From the NCBI GenBank assembly GCA_026936335.1, contig JAPMXV010000026.1, forward strand, positions 1-64,000: a DNA stretch of 64,000 nucleotides, read 5' to 3'. The notes under the pieces were generated by a model, which was not told the origin of the DNA, made no database searches, and saw only the letters and a program-made list of their open reading frames with translations. The DNA is from Mantamonas sphyraenae STR306. Taxonomy: Eukaryota > Protista > CRuMs. Below, piece by piece: positions 21,305 to 30,902 of this stretch (its first letter is position 1; each line of letters starts with the position of its first letter). The translations under genes were made by a program, and so were the position numbers.

Positions 21305-22945
21305 TCATTTCTCGTTCATGCCCAACCTGGCCACCAAATCCAGCAGCAGCTCTGCCGATGCGCCCTTGCTCTGCAAAAAGTCCAGTGCCCCCCTGCTCAC
21401 CTGGTGCTGTGCAGGCGGGGGTGGAGGTGGTGGAGGAGGAGGCGGTGGTGCTGGTGGTGCTTCTTGCGGTGGAGGAGGCGGAGCCGCCTGTTCCTGAAAC
21501 TGATGTGGCTGCTGCTGCTGAAACTGCCCCTGCTGAAACTGATGTGGCTTCTGCTGCTGAAACTGCCCCTGCTGAAACTGTTGTGGCTGCTGCTGCTGAA
21601 ACTGCCCCTGCTGAAACTGATGTGGCTGCTGTGGAAACTGCCCTTGCTGAAACTGATGTTGCTGCTGCTGAAACTGCCCCTGCTGAAACTGATGTGGCTG
21701 CTGAGGAAACTGCCCTTGCTGAAACTGATGTGGCTGCTGCTGAGGAAACTGCCCTTGCTGAAACTGATGTTGCTGCTGCTGGAACTGCCCCGGCTGACCC
21801 TGCCCCGGCTGACCCTGCCCCGGATGACCCTGCCCCGGCTGACCCTGCCCCGGCTGACCCTGCACCCATCCACCATGATAACCCACCCAATCCCGCTCAC
21901 CCCAAACCCCCCTACCCCCCATCCTCCTCTCCCACTCATCCTCCTGCCTCTGCCGCAACCTCCTTCTCGCCTCCTCCTCCTGTCTAGCCACTTGCTCCAA
22001 ATCCACCATCCCGTCCGGAACGGGCACATTCAACCCAACATACCCCACTGTTTCCTCCATCTCATCCCCACCCTCCTCCTCGTCCTCTTCCCGGTGCCTG
22101 TCCGCCACCCCGCCTTCACCAAACACCTGCAGCTCACGTCCTTCTGCCTCCCTTGCATCCCTCCGAACACGCCCCAGACGATACCCTGGCGGATAACCAT
22201 GTTCCATCATCTTGTACACCCACGGCGGAAGATGGTTCATCGGCAATCGCAACGCACGCCGAAGTCCTTCGCTCATCTGCCCCGGCACACTCCTCCACCT
22301 CTCTCCCTCCTCCCCGTCCGCCACCACACCTCCCCCTTCAAAATATCGTTCCTCTCCTCCGTCAGCACCCCTTCTCCCCATTCCCTCCATCCCCCGCGGC
22401 CTCAGGTCTCCGTACATTTCCCGCCGCCTTGCAATCGCCGCCTCGTCCCTCTCCACATGGCACTCTCCCACCGTGTGTCCAAACTCGCCGCAGTTGAAGC
22501 ACATGCCCCCCATACGCAAAACCTCATCCGGCCTTCCCACTGGATGGTCGATCTCTCGCGTGTACCGAGGCACAGCCAGCACATCGTCCACCTCCCCGAC
22601 CTCCCCGCCGCTCACAAAGCCCTCGTACACTTTCACCTCCACGTCTCCGCCATTCCCGTCACCCTCGTCTCCTCCTCCTCCTCTTCCTTCCCTCCAATCT
22701 TCTCTCGCCCCACGCACCTGCTCCTCCACAAAGTCCACTATGGCTCGCTGCCGCTTCTTGTCCACCTTGCTCCACCACGGGAACTGCACCTTGACTTCCC
22801 AACCGTCCTCTACATCCTCCCCATCCTCTGCATCCTCCCCGTCCTCCCTCTCCCGCTTCCGACCAACACCCGCCACTCCACGTTTTCGTGCCAAGCGATC
22901 CAAAATCTCCATTGCCTCCACCAGCGCAGCGCCCTCTCTCTCCAT
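21305..22945 (-). CDS. ZCCHC8: ZCCHC8-like NEXT-complex subunit (zinc knuckle + PSP domain, Q-rich tail)
   Basis: CFNCGEFGHTVGEC; PSP domain PGQMSEGLRRAL...LPPWVYKMMEHGYPPGY. Confidence 0.82.
   Translation of the reverse strand: MEREGAALVEAMEILDRLARKRGVAGVGRKREREDGEDAEDGEDVEDGWEVKVQFPWWSKVDKKRQRAIVDFVEEQVRGAREDWREGRGGGGDEGDGNGGDVEVKVYEGFVSGGEVGEVDDVLAVPRYTREIDHPVGRPDEVLRMGGMCFNCGEFGHTVGECHVERDEAAIARRREMYGDLRPRGMEGMGRRGADGGEERYFEGGGVVADGEEGERWRSVPGQMSEGLRRALRLPMNHLPPWVYKMMEHGYPPGYRLGRVRRDAREAEGRELQVFGEGGVADRHREEDEEEGGDEMEETVGYVGLNVPVPDGMVDLEQVARQEEEARRRLRQRQEDEWERRMGGRGVWGERDWVGYHGGWVQGQPGQGQPGQGHPGQGQPGQGQPGQFQQQQHQFQQGQFPQQQPHQFQQGQFPQQPHQFQQGQFQQQQHQFQQGQFPQQPHQFQQGQFQQQQPQQFQQGQFQQQKPHQFQQGQFQQQQPHQFQEQAAPPPPPQEAPPAPPPPPPPPPPPPAQHQVSRGALDFLQSKGASAELLLDLVARLGMNEK
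21495..21865. repeat. Coding minisatellite: 30/33-bp units (QQGQFQQQQPHQF) and 15-bp units (GQGQP)
   Basis: Tandem GCTGAAACTGCCCC/GCTGAAACTGATG units and CTGCCCCGGCTGACC units. Confidence 0.9.
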
Positions 22946-22964
22946 TCCCCTTCCCCCACTCTCA

Positions 22965-23831
22965 TCACCCACTCTCATCCCCTGCAAAACTCTCCAGGAT
23001 CGCCTCCCGCAACACCTCAAACCGACCCCTGCTCTCCACCAGCTTTTCGTTTGCCAACTCCACCGTCCGCGCAAAGTACTCATCCGGCAGCAGCCACTGC
23101 CCATCCTCCGCCACCAGCAACTCCATTCGCCGCGTGTCCACAATCGACATCATCAGCGACCCCTTGACTCCGATGATCGACGCCCGTTTGATCCCCTTTG
23201 CGCGGCACACATTCAGCATCCGATGCGCCACCGCCATCGACCGCACCGCAATGGCAAGGATCGGCGACTCCATCTTGAACCACACCTTTCCCGTCTCACA
23301 ACCCTTGCTCTCCAATACCGCCCCCTTGATCTCCTCCCACCCACTCGTTGTCTCGTGCGACACAAACGGCCACTCCACAGCGTACCCTTCCCTCTCTTCA
23401 TCTTCCGTCGTCACAATAAGCCGCCCTGCACAGCTGCTCGTCGTGTACATGTCCTTGCGCGTGTTGATCGCCTCCAACATCTCCAAAATCGCTGCGTCTG
23501 CTTGCCCTGCCCGCGACCGGTCCGTCTCATCGCTCGACAGCGCCTCCATCACCCTCCCCTTCTCCTCGTCAAACACCTCTCCGATCACACCCATCTCCTC
23601 TTCCAGCACATACCCTTGTGTCCGCCTTTCCGCACGCGCTTCCCTCCGCCGCTGCTTCCTTTTGGCCTTGTACGCTGCTCGCTTCTCCTCCTTGCTCAGC
23701 TTTTCCCTACGCCCACCCTGCTCCCCTTCCCCTTCCTCCTTCTCCTCCTTCTCCTCCTCCTCCTCCTCCTCATCCTCCATCCACATCGCCACGTCCGCCA
23801 ACCCATCTTCCAAACCTTCCAGCGCGCTCAT
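22965..23831 (-). CDS. TYW3: tRNA wybutosine-synthesising methyltransferase TYW3 (start may extend to ATG 24026 via intron 23938-23849)
   Basis: DRSRAGQAD, INTRKDMYTTSSCAGR, FVSHE, FKMESPILA motifs. Confidence 0.9.
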   Translation of the reverse strand: MSALEGLEDGLADVAMWMEDEEEEEEEKEEKEEGEGEQGGRREKLSKEEKRAAYKAKRKQRRREARAERRTQGYVLEEEMGVIGEVFDEEKGRVMEALSSDETDRSRAGQADAAILEMLEAINTRKDMYTTSSCAGRLIVTTEDEEREGYAVEWPFVSHETTSGWEEIKGAVLESKGCETGKVWFKMESPILAIAVRSMAVAHRMLNVCRAKGIKRASIIGVKGSLMMSIVDTRRMELLVAEDGQWLLPDEYFARTVELANEKLVESRGRFEVLREAILESFAGDESG

Positions 23832-24204
23832 CTCCTCCCAACTTTTCGCTGAAAACAATGGCCACCCCAGCGTGATCCACACCCCACCGCCTACGTTTGC
23901 ACCACCCCCCCCTCCCCCTCCCCCATTCCGCAGCCCACCCTGCTTCCCCCTCTCCCCTCCTGTAAGTTCCTGTCGTTGCTTCTGCCCAAAATGCACCCGG
24001 ACATGATGATCTTGAGAAATCACCATCTTTCAGATGACCTACACCCTGAATGGGGCTGTGGATGATTCCAACATTCTCCATTTTGACCTGATCCGCATTG
24101 TGCACCCCATTCCCATCCCCATCCCCCTCCCCTCCCCTTGCCACCGCTCCCACATGCATTTCCAAACACCCCTCCCCGACCTGCCCTCTCCCCACTTCCC
24201 AAAC

Positions 24205-25062
24205 TCACCCCACCTCCTCCCCGTTAGCCTCCCACACCACAGGGTGTCCACTCAGCCGTTCAATGCTCCAATCCTTGTACACCGCCACTGCATCCCCCTT
24301 GTCCAACCCGATCCCACCCGCCACAAAAGCAAACCTTCCCAAGTGCTTCCAAACCCTCCTCAACCGCACCCACCCGTCCTCCGCCCCGTGTACATCCAAC
24401 GCATACGGCACAATCCCCAAACACCCATAAAACTTGCTCTCCACATGCTCCTGAACTTCCTTCGCCGTCCGAAACCTCTTTTTCGGCCCAAACTCTACCT
24501 TGCCCCCTCCATCCTCCCCATCCTCTCCATCCTCCCCATCCTCTCCATCCTCCCCACCCTCCCCACCCTCCCCACCCTCCCCGTCCACCTGTGGCACTGT
24601 AAACTTCTCCCCATCCACCCCGCGTATCCACTTTTGCCCCAACATCACCACCCCGGCACTCACTGCCAGAAACAACGCTCCACCCACATACCTCCCGGCT
24701 ATCCCTCCCACCAACCCTGCTTTCTCCAACCGCTCCATGCCCTCTTCCGGGTCTCCTCCTCCCAGTACCACAATCTCCGCCCGCTTCAGCCGCTGAAAAT
24801 CCTCGTGCGACGGATCTTCAGATCGTATCATAAAACAATGCTCCGCATCCACTCCTAGCTTCCCCACCACGTACACCGCCAGCTCAAAGAACCTTTCGTC
24901 GTCTCGACTCGCCGCACCAATGTACGCCGCAGAAAGCCCGTCTCCGTTTCGCTCCTCCTCCAATGCCTCATTCGCCACCCTCACCCACTCCTCACTCATC
25001 AACACTGCCCCAGTGTCGGGAAACATCAGAATCGGTTTAGCATCGCTCTCAATCTCGCTCAT
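24205..25062 (-). CDS. Peptidase S51 (dipeptidase E/cyanophycinase-like, class I GATase fold); 3' end probably spliced to an exon near 24087
   Basis: [15 protein letters not shown], nucleophile elbow [18 protein letters not shown]. Confidence 0.8.
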   Translation of the reverse strand: MSEIESDAKPILMFPDTGAVLMSEEWVRVANEALEEERNGDGLSAAYIGAASRDDERFFELAVYVVGKLGVDAEHCFMIRSEDPSHEDFQRLKRAEIVVLGGGDPEEGMERLEKAGLVGGIAGRYVGGALFLAVSAGVVMLGQKWIRGVDGEKFTVPQVDGEGGEGGEGGEDGEDGEDGEDGEDGGGKVEFGPKKRFRTAKEVQEHVESKFYGCLGIVPYALDVHGAEDGWVRLRRVWKHLGRFAFVAGGIGLDKGDAVAVYKDWSIERLSGHPVVWEANGEEVG

Positions 25063-25101
25063 TGCTCCAGCGCTCCCAACCCACAGGATCTCGCCTGCCC
25101 A

Positions 25102-27192
25102 ATGTGGAAACTCGCTCTCCTGGCTGCCCTCGCGCTCTCCTACCACATCCACACCACTGCCTTTGCTGCCCAGTGGTCCCATCCCTCCGCCAGCGTCGGA
25201 CACTCCCTCATCCAGCGTGCCCTCGAGACCCCGTCCCGCCAAGGCCCGCTCCACGACCTTGTCTCTCTCCTTGCCCCACACGCCCACGATGTCTTTTATC
25301 ACGCCTCCGTCGACCATGGCATCCTCCCCCCAGAGCTGGACCTGCCCGTACACATCGCCTCCCTCCTGCGCCTCCTAGCGCGCTTCGGTGGTACACACAA
25401 CACCCTCCCTCCCGGCATCTACGCTCTCGTCGCCCTCCTCTCCATCATCACCCCGCTCTCTCTCTTTGCCCTCGCCCGTGCCGCCCATTCCCTTTGGGCC
25501 GCCGTCATTGCTGCCTTCCTCGCAGCCGTCCTTCCGGGCATCACCTCCCGCGTCGGCCTCACCCACGACTCCTGCGACCTCCTCGCCCTCTCTGCATTCA
25601 CCCTCGCCTTCTCCAACCTCGCTTGGCTCCTCCAACGCATGCGCCGCGCACGCCTCTATGCAGACGGCCGCGACCCGGTCTCCGAACTCGCTGCCCTCTG
25701 GCTCGGCGCAAAAGCCGCCTTCTCCCTCACCCTCGCCTCCATCTTTGGCCCTCCCGCCGCACGCGACCTTCCTTTCCTCTTCTTCGCCCTCGCCTTTGCC
25801 GCCCTCGTCCTCCTTCGCAGGCCAAACCCCACCTTCTTCCTCTACGCCTTTGGCATCTTCTTCTCCCTCCCCATCCTCCTCTCTCTCCACCAACAGCTCC
25901 ATCCCTGGAGCTCTGCCTCCCAAGCTGCCCTCATGGCTGTCCTCCTCTTCTCCCAGCTCGCTTACGTCATCGCCCTCCTCTTCCAAGTCAGCTTCCGCCC
26001 AGCCGCCGTCCTCCGACTCGCTCTCCTCGCCCTCTGCCTCATCCTCCTCACCCTCATTGTCCTCGCCACCGGAGCTCTCTACACAAACAGTCTCCTCTTT
26101 CAGCGCGTCGTCGCAATTGTCCTCCGCCTCGCCCATCGTCGCATGGCCCTCCCCACCCTCTCCATCACAGACACCCCGTCCCTCCAACGCCTCTTTGCCG
26201 ACTTTCACCTCCTCCTCCTACTTGCTCCCGCTGGCTTCCACCTCATGCTTGCTCGCCCCAACGACCTCCGCATCTTCATCTGCGTCGCCACCGCAGCCGC
26301 CATCTTTGCCTCCCCCGCCGTCACCTCCACACGCCTCCTCTTTGTCTACCTCGCCCCAGGCATCCTCGTCGCCTCCTCCATGCTCTTTGCACACATCCTC
26401 GCCGGCGCAAACGCTCAGACTGCCTACGACGAGGCAAAAGGCCTCCCCGCCGCAAACCGCGCCGCCACCGTCCACAACAACCGCGTCCGCAGAGTCAAGC
26501 GTCTCCGAGAGTCCCAAGGCGAGCGTCTTGTTGTCATGTCTGCCTCTTCCTCTCTCCTCCGGCCCCTCCTCGCCCTCGCTGTCCTCAGCGCTTTTCTCGC
26601 CTCGGGCTACTTTGCCGCCCATCACATCAACGTCTTTACACACGCCGCCTACCATCCCGCCGAGTGGAAGCTTGCTGGTGACTTCCCTCTTGCCCATGAT
26701 CTCGAGCAGATGACTGCCTTTCTCCGCGCCCACGTTCTCCCAAACCCAGACGCACGCCTCATCACCTGGGGTGCCCTCCCAAACACCCTCCTCCGCCACA
26801 TGGCCAACCTCCCCGACCACATGCTCCTCACTGAGCGCACGCAAGATCCCATGCTCTCCTGGAAGCTCGCCGGCCTCCTCACCGGTTCCGCACAACGTGC
26901 CCTCTCCTCACAGGCTGAACTCCGCCTCGACACAAACCTCCACCACATGCTCCTCTTTGCCTGCAACCACACACACGTCGCCACCTCCACCCTTGTCCCA
27001 GACATTCATCGCGTCTGGGCCGAGCCACTCCTCGACAAACACGGTGACCGCGCACGTCCCACCCTTCACCACCCACCCACCACAACCGTCATCCACCAAG
27101 TCTGCCAAGGCACTTCCACCATGCCCGACCTCTTTCACACCCGCCACGGCCACTTCCGCCTCGTCACCATCGCCCAGCCCTCCTCCTCATAG
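25102..27192 (+). CDS. Highly divergent STT3-like (GT-C fold) multi-pass membrane protein lacking catalytic motifs
   Basis: Collinear STT3-like blocks AVLPGITSR, ADFHLLLLLAPAGF, RLLFVYLAP, DLEQMTAFLRAH, DARLITWG...MAN. Confidence 0.75.
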   Translation: MWKLALLAALALSYHIHTTAFAAQWSHPSASVGHSLIQRALETPSRQGPLHDLVSLLAPHAHDVFYHASVDHGILPPELDLPVHIASLLRLLARFGGTHNTLPPGIYALVALLSIITPLSLFALARAAHSLWAAVIAAFLAAVLPGITSRVGLTHDSCDLLALSAFTLAFSNLAWLLQRMRRARLYADGRDPVSELAALWLGAKAAFSLTLASIFGPPAARDLPFLFFALAFAALVLLRRPNPTFFLYAFGIFFSLPILLSLHQQLHPWSSASQAALMAVLLFSQLAYVIALLFQVSFRPAAVLRLALLALCLILLTLIVLATGALYTNSLLFQRVVAIVLRLAHRRMALPTLSITDTPSLQRLFADFHLLLLLAPAGFHLMLARPNDLRIFICVATAAAIFASPAVTSTRLLFVYLAPGILVASSMLFAHILAGANAQTAYDEAKGLPAANRAATVHNNRVRRVKRLRESQGERLVVMSASSSLLRPLLALAVLSAFLASGYFAAHHINVFTHAAYHPAEWKLAGDFPLAHDLEQMTAFLRAHVLPNPDARLITWGALPNTLLRHMANLPDHMLLTERTQDPMLSWKLAGLLTGSAQRALSSQAELRLDTNLHHMLLFACNHTHVATSTLVPDIHRVWAEPLLDKHGDRARPTLHHPPTTTVIHQVCQGTSTMPDLFHTRHGHFRLVTIAQPSSS

Positions 27193-27211
27193 TGCCCCAA
27201 CAAAATCCAGG

Positions 27212-29939
27212 ATGTCATCCTCCTCATCATCATCCACTCCATCCTCCTCCGCCCCCTCCACCTCCACTCCACTTCTCCTCGACGATGCCGATCAGCATCT
27301 CGACGACGAGATCCCGGCCTCTCGGTACTCCCGCCAGCTCGAGTCCACCCTCGAGAACCTCATGCCTACCGACGACCCCATGGACGAGCCAGAGCTCAAC
27401 GTCGTCGACTACATCAACAAAATGTTCCCCAACGAGCAGAGCCTCAGCAACATCGACCGCGTCGTCTTCAAACTCCGCACAAACATCTCTCGCATGGACT
27501 CGGAGATCCTCGATGCCGTCCGCGCTCAAACCGAAGCTGGTGTCCAGGGCCGCCGCGATCTCGACGATGCCAAGGATGCCATCCAGGTACGTCTCCAACC
27601 CCCGCTCCCCGTTCCATGCCCCCCAGCCACGCAGCTCCGTTTTCCCTCCGCCCATTCTTCCTCCCCACTCCCTCTTCTCTGCCCACTCCTGCTCTCCCCA
27701 CCCTCCCCGGCACCTTCTCACCCCTCCCTCGCCCTCCCCTCCCTCTCTTTCTCCCCAGCAACTCTACTCCAAGATCCGCGAAATCAAGACAAAGGCCGAC
27801 CGAAGCGAAAAGATGGTCAACGAGATCTGCCAGGGTATCCAGAGCCTCGACTACGCGAAAAAGAACCTCACCAACACCATCACAGAGCTCCGCCGTCTCC
27901 AGATGTGGGTCACCGCCATCGACAATCTCGGCCAGATGGCCGACGACAAGGAGTACCGCGAAGCAGGCAATCTCCTTCAGGCCGTCAACGAGTTTGAAAG
28001 CAACTTTGCCGCCTACCTCCACATCGACCGTGTCCGCCAGCTCACAGACAGCACCACACGCATACGTACTCGCCTCAACTCACAAATCATCCTCGATTTC
28101 AAGGACATGAGCGCCTCCGACGGCCCCGGTGTAAGCGCTGCCCTCCTCAGCGAGGCCTGCGTCGCCGTCGACGCCCTGGGTGACGACACACGCTACGCCA
28201 TCATCCAACAGTTTTGCGACTGGCAGCTCACAGAGTATCAGCTCCGCTACAGTGTCAGCGGCGAAGGCGGACGGCTCGACCTCACCGACCAGCGCTTCGC
28301 CTGGATGCACATGCGTCTACGCACCTTTGACCAGGATTTTGGCACCATCTTTCCCCCAGAGTGGAAGGTACCCCAGCATCTCGTCGAACAGTTTGCCCAC
28401 CTCACGCGAAACGATCTCCAGGCCATCCTCGCAAACGCCACAAAGAACCAAAACATCGACGTCGCCACACTTATCCTAGCCCTGCAAAAGACCATCGACT
28501 TTGAACAAAAGATGGTCAAAATCTTTGCCGCCGTCAACAGGGGTCTCGTTGACCGCGAACTCGGCAAGCTCCATCAGGATGACGACGACACCCTCGACGA
28601 TGACCTCGACGACGACGACGACGACGACGACGACCTCGATGACCTTGATCTCGAACCTCCGCCCAACATGGATACCGCCGCAGGCGTCAAGTGGAAGTAC
28701 CGCATGTTCAAGAAGCAGCAGAAAGACGAAGCCCGCCGCGCACGCGAAGATAAGCTCAAGGCTCGCGGTGGCGTCCGCAGGCAGCAGGCCATCGACGAGG
28801 CAAACCGCTTCATTGGCCTCATCAGTGTCGCGTTTGAGCCGTACATGAAGAACTACATCGACATGGAGCGCGAAAACCTCAAGGACATGCTCGACTCGCT
28901 CATCAAGGAAGAGTCCTGGACCCTCAACGACCGCGCCACACATGGCGTCAACGTCCTCAGCAGCTGTCTCAAGCTCGTCACCTACTTCACCGCCACCATG
29001 AAGCGCTGCGCCGCCCTCAACAAGGGCACCACCCTCCTCGAACTGTACCTTCTCTTCAAAGACAACTTTGCCGCCTACGCAGACGCCCTCCAGTCCCACA
29101 TCCCAAAAACAAGCTCCCTCAGCCTCGGCTCCGTCGTCAACAACAACGAGTGGCATATGAAGCTCACCGACGACGAAGAGCAGCGCGTCGCCCTCATCCT
29201 CAACACCGCAGAGTACTGCTACGACATGGTCAGTCAGCTCGACGAAAACATGCTCCGCCTCATCCACATCGACTACAGCGATCAAATCGACATGGCCGAC
29301 ATCGGCGAGCTGTTTTCCCAGGTGGTCAACCGTTGCATCAAGGTCCTCGTCGCTTCCATCGAAAGCCGCCTCGACGCCCCTCTCGTTGCCATGAGCAAGA
29401 TGAGTTGGGCCCAGTCCGACATGATGGTCGGCGACGTCTCCCAGTACGTCCACCAGGTCCGCGCCATCGTCACCGACCGCATGCCCGCCATCGCCGCCAT
29501 CCTCAGTGACCAGTACTTTCGCTTCTTCCTCGACAAGCTTGTTAGCGCCTTTGTGCCCCACTACATCTCCTACATCTACCGCTGCAAACGCATCTCCGAA
29601 GTCGGCGCCCAGGGCCTCCAACTCGACGCCGAAGCCATCAAGGCTGCCTTTCTCGAGGTGCCGGAACTCGTTCCTGAAGACAAATGCCGCTTCCTCCGCT
29701 CCACCTACTCCCGCATGGTCGAGACCGAAATGTCAAAGGCCCAAACCATCCTCAAGGTCATCTCCTCGCCCCCAGAGGCCCTCGTCGACACCTACGGCCA
29801 TCTCGTCACTGAGAGCTCAGAGCAGGAGCTCCAGCGCATCATGGAGCTCAAGGGTATGAAGAAGGGCGAGCAAGACGTCTTTCTCAGCAATTTTGCAAGC
29901 GGCACAAAGACCTTTACGAAGAAACTATTTAGCTTTTGA
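27212..29939 (+). CDS. VPS53: GARP complex subunit VPS53; intron 27587-27758
   Basis: NVVDYINKMFPNEQSLSNID, SEKMVNEIC..IQSLDYAKKNLT, ILNTAEYC, ISEVGAQGLQLD. Confidence 0.95.
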
Positions 29940-30094
29940 GTGCACATCCCTCTCTTTGTCCCTCACGACGTGTAGTCTCCTGCTGTGGCGCTCCCTGTGT
30001 CAGCAATCACCCCTCCTGCCACCCTCTCCCCCACGCATCCTCTCCTCAAATCTCCTCTAATCCCTCTCGTGCACGCGCAGCGTACCAGCATCGT

Positions 30095-30861
30095 CTACGC
30101 CAGCGCCACAAAGCCCTCACCATCCATCTTGCCAGAAACGCGCCGCACAACCTGCCGTCCTGGCCCCACTGGCGACGGCATGCCGTTCTCTTCCAAAGGT
30201 TCTTCCTCAGCATCCTCGTCGCTCGACGTCGGCTCCTCCTCCTCCTCAAACGCATGCAAGCCCGGTCGGCCCATCTCGTTGCCAGGCGACATCTCTCCCG
30301 TTGCCTCCACCATCACCTCCTCCGCAGACACTCCGGGGCTCTCTTCACTGCCCGACGCATGCTTTGTCTTGTACAGGGCCTTTTGCACCACAGTGTCGTT
30401 CGACCATCCGTCTGCCGCCGTCTCTGTGCCTTCAGTAAACTCTCGTGAAAACGCGCTCGACACCCCCACCTTTTCCAGCTGCTGCGCACGCAGTTCTGCA
30501 TGTATGCGCGCTTGTTCCCGTACAAGTCGCGAGTCTAGCGTCCCACCGTTTGGCGACTTGACCTTGAGCTCCACCACAGAGTCCAGCACGCCCCCCTTGA
30601 CCAAACTCGTCAGCGCCTGGCTTGTCAACTCCACCTGCGGGTTTGACTTTTGCTTCACCGAACCCGAGCGACCCCGTCCCACCGACGGCATCTCTTGCAG
30701 CAGTTTGTCGTCCTCTTCCAGTGGCACCTCCATGCGCAGCGACGCGCTGCCCATTCGCGGACGCGTCAGTGTGCGCCGCTTCGTGTTTGACAGGGTCATC
30801 ATCGACTCCATCCGCTGTACACTCATTGCCTTCTTAGGTGTGCTCTTCAGCGCCCCGTTGC

Positions 30862-30902
<41 letters not shown>

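Noticed and set aside
21495-21865. CRISPR-like array
   Set aside because: No unique spacers; it is an in-frame coding minisatellite in a eukaryotic gene.
20645-23167. 840-aa plus-strand ORF and the AETAPAETDV repeat ORF
   Set aside because: Alternative frames of the ARM gene and antisense of the ZCCHC8 minisatellite. Stop codons are rare because of GC content and skew.
23770-24204. Peptidase S51-TYW3 fusion
   Set aside because: The splice options I tried either hit stops (24039) or land out of frame with TYW3. Unresolved without RNA data.
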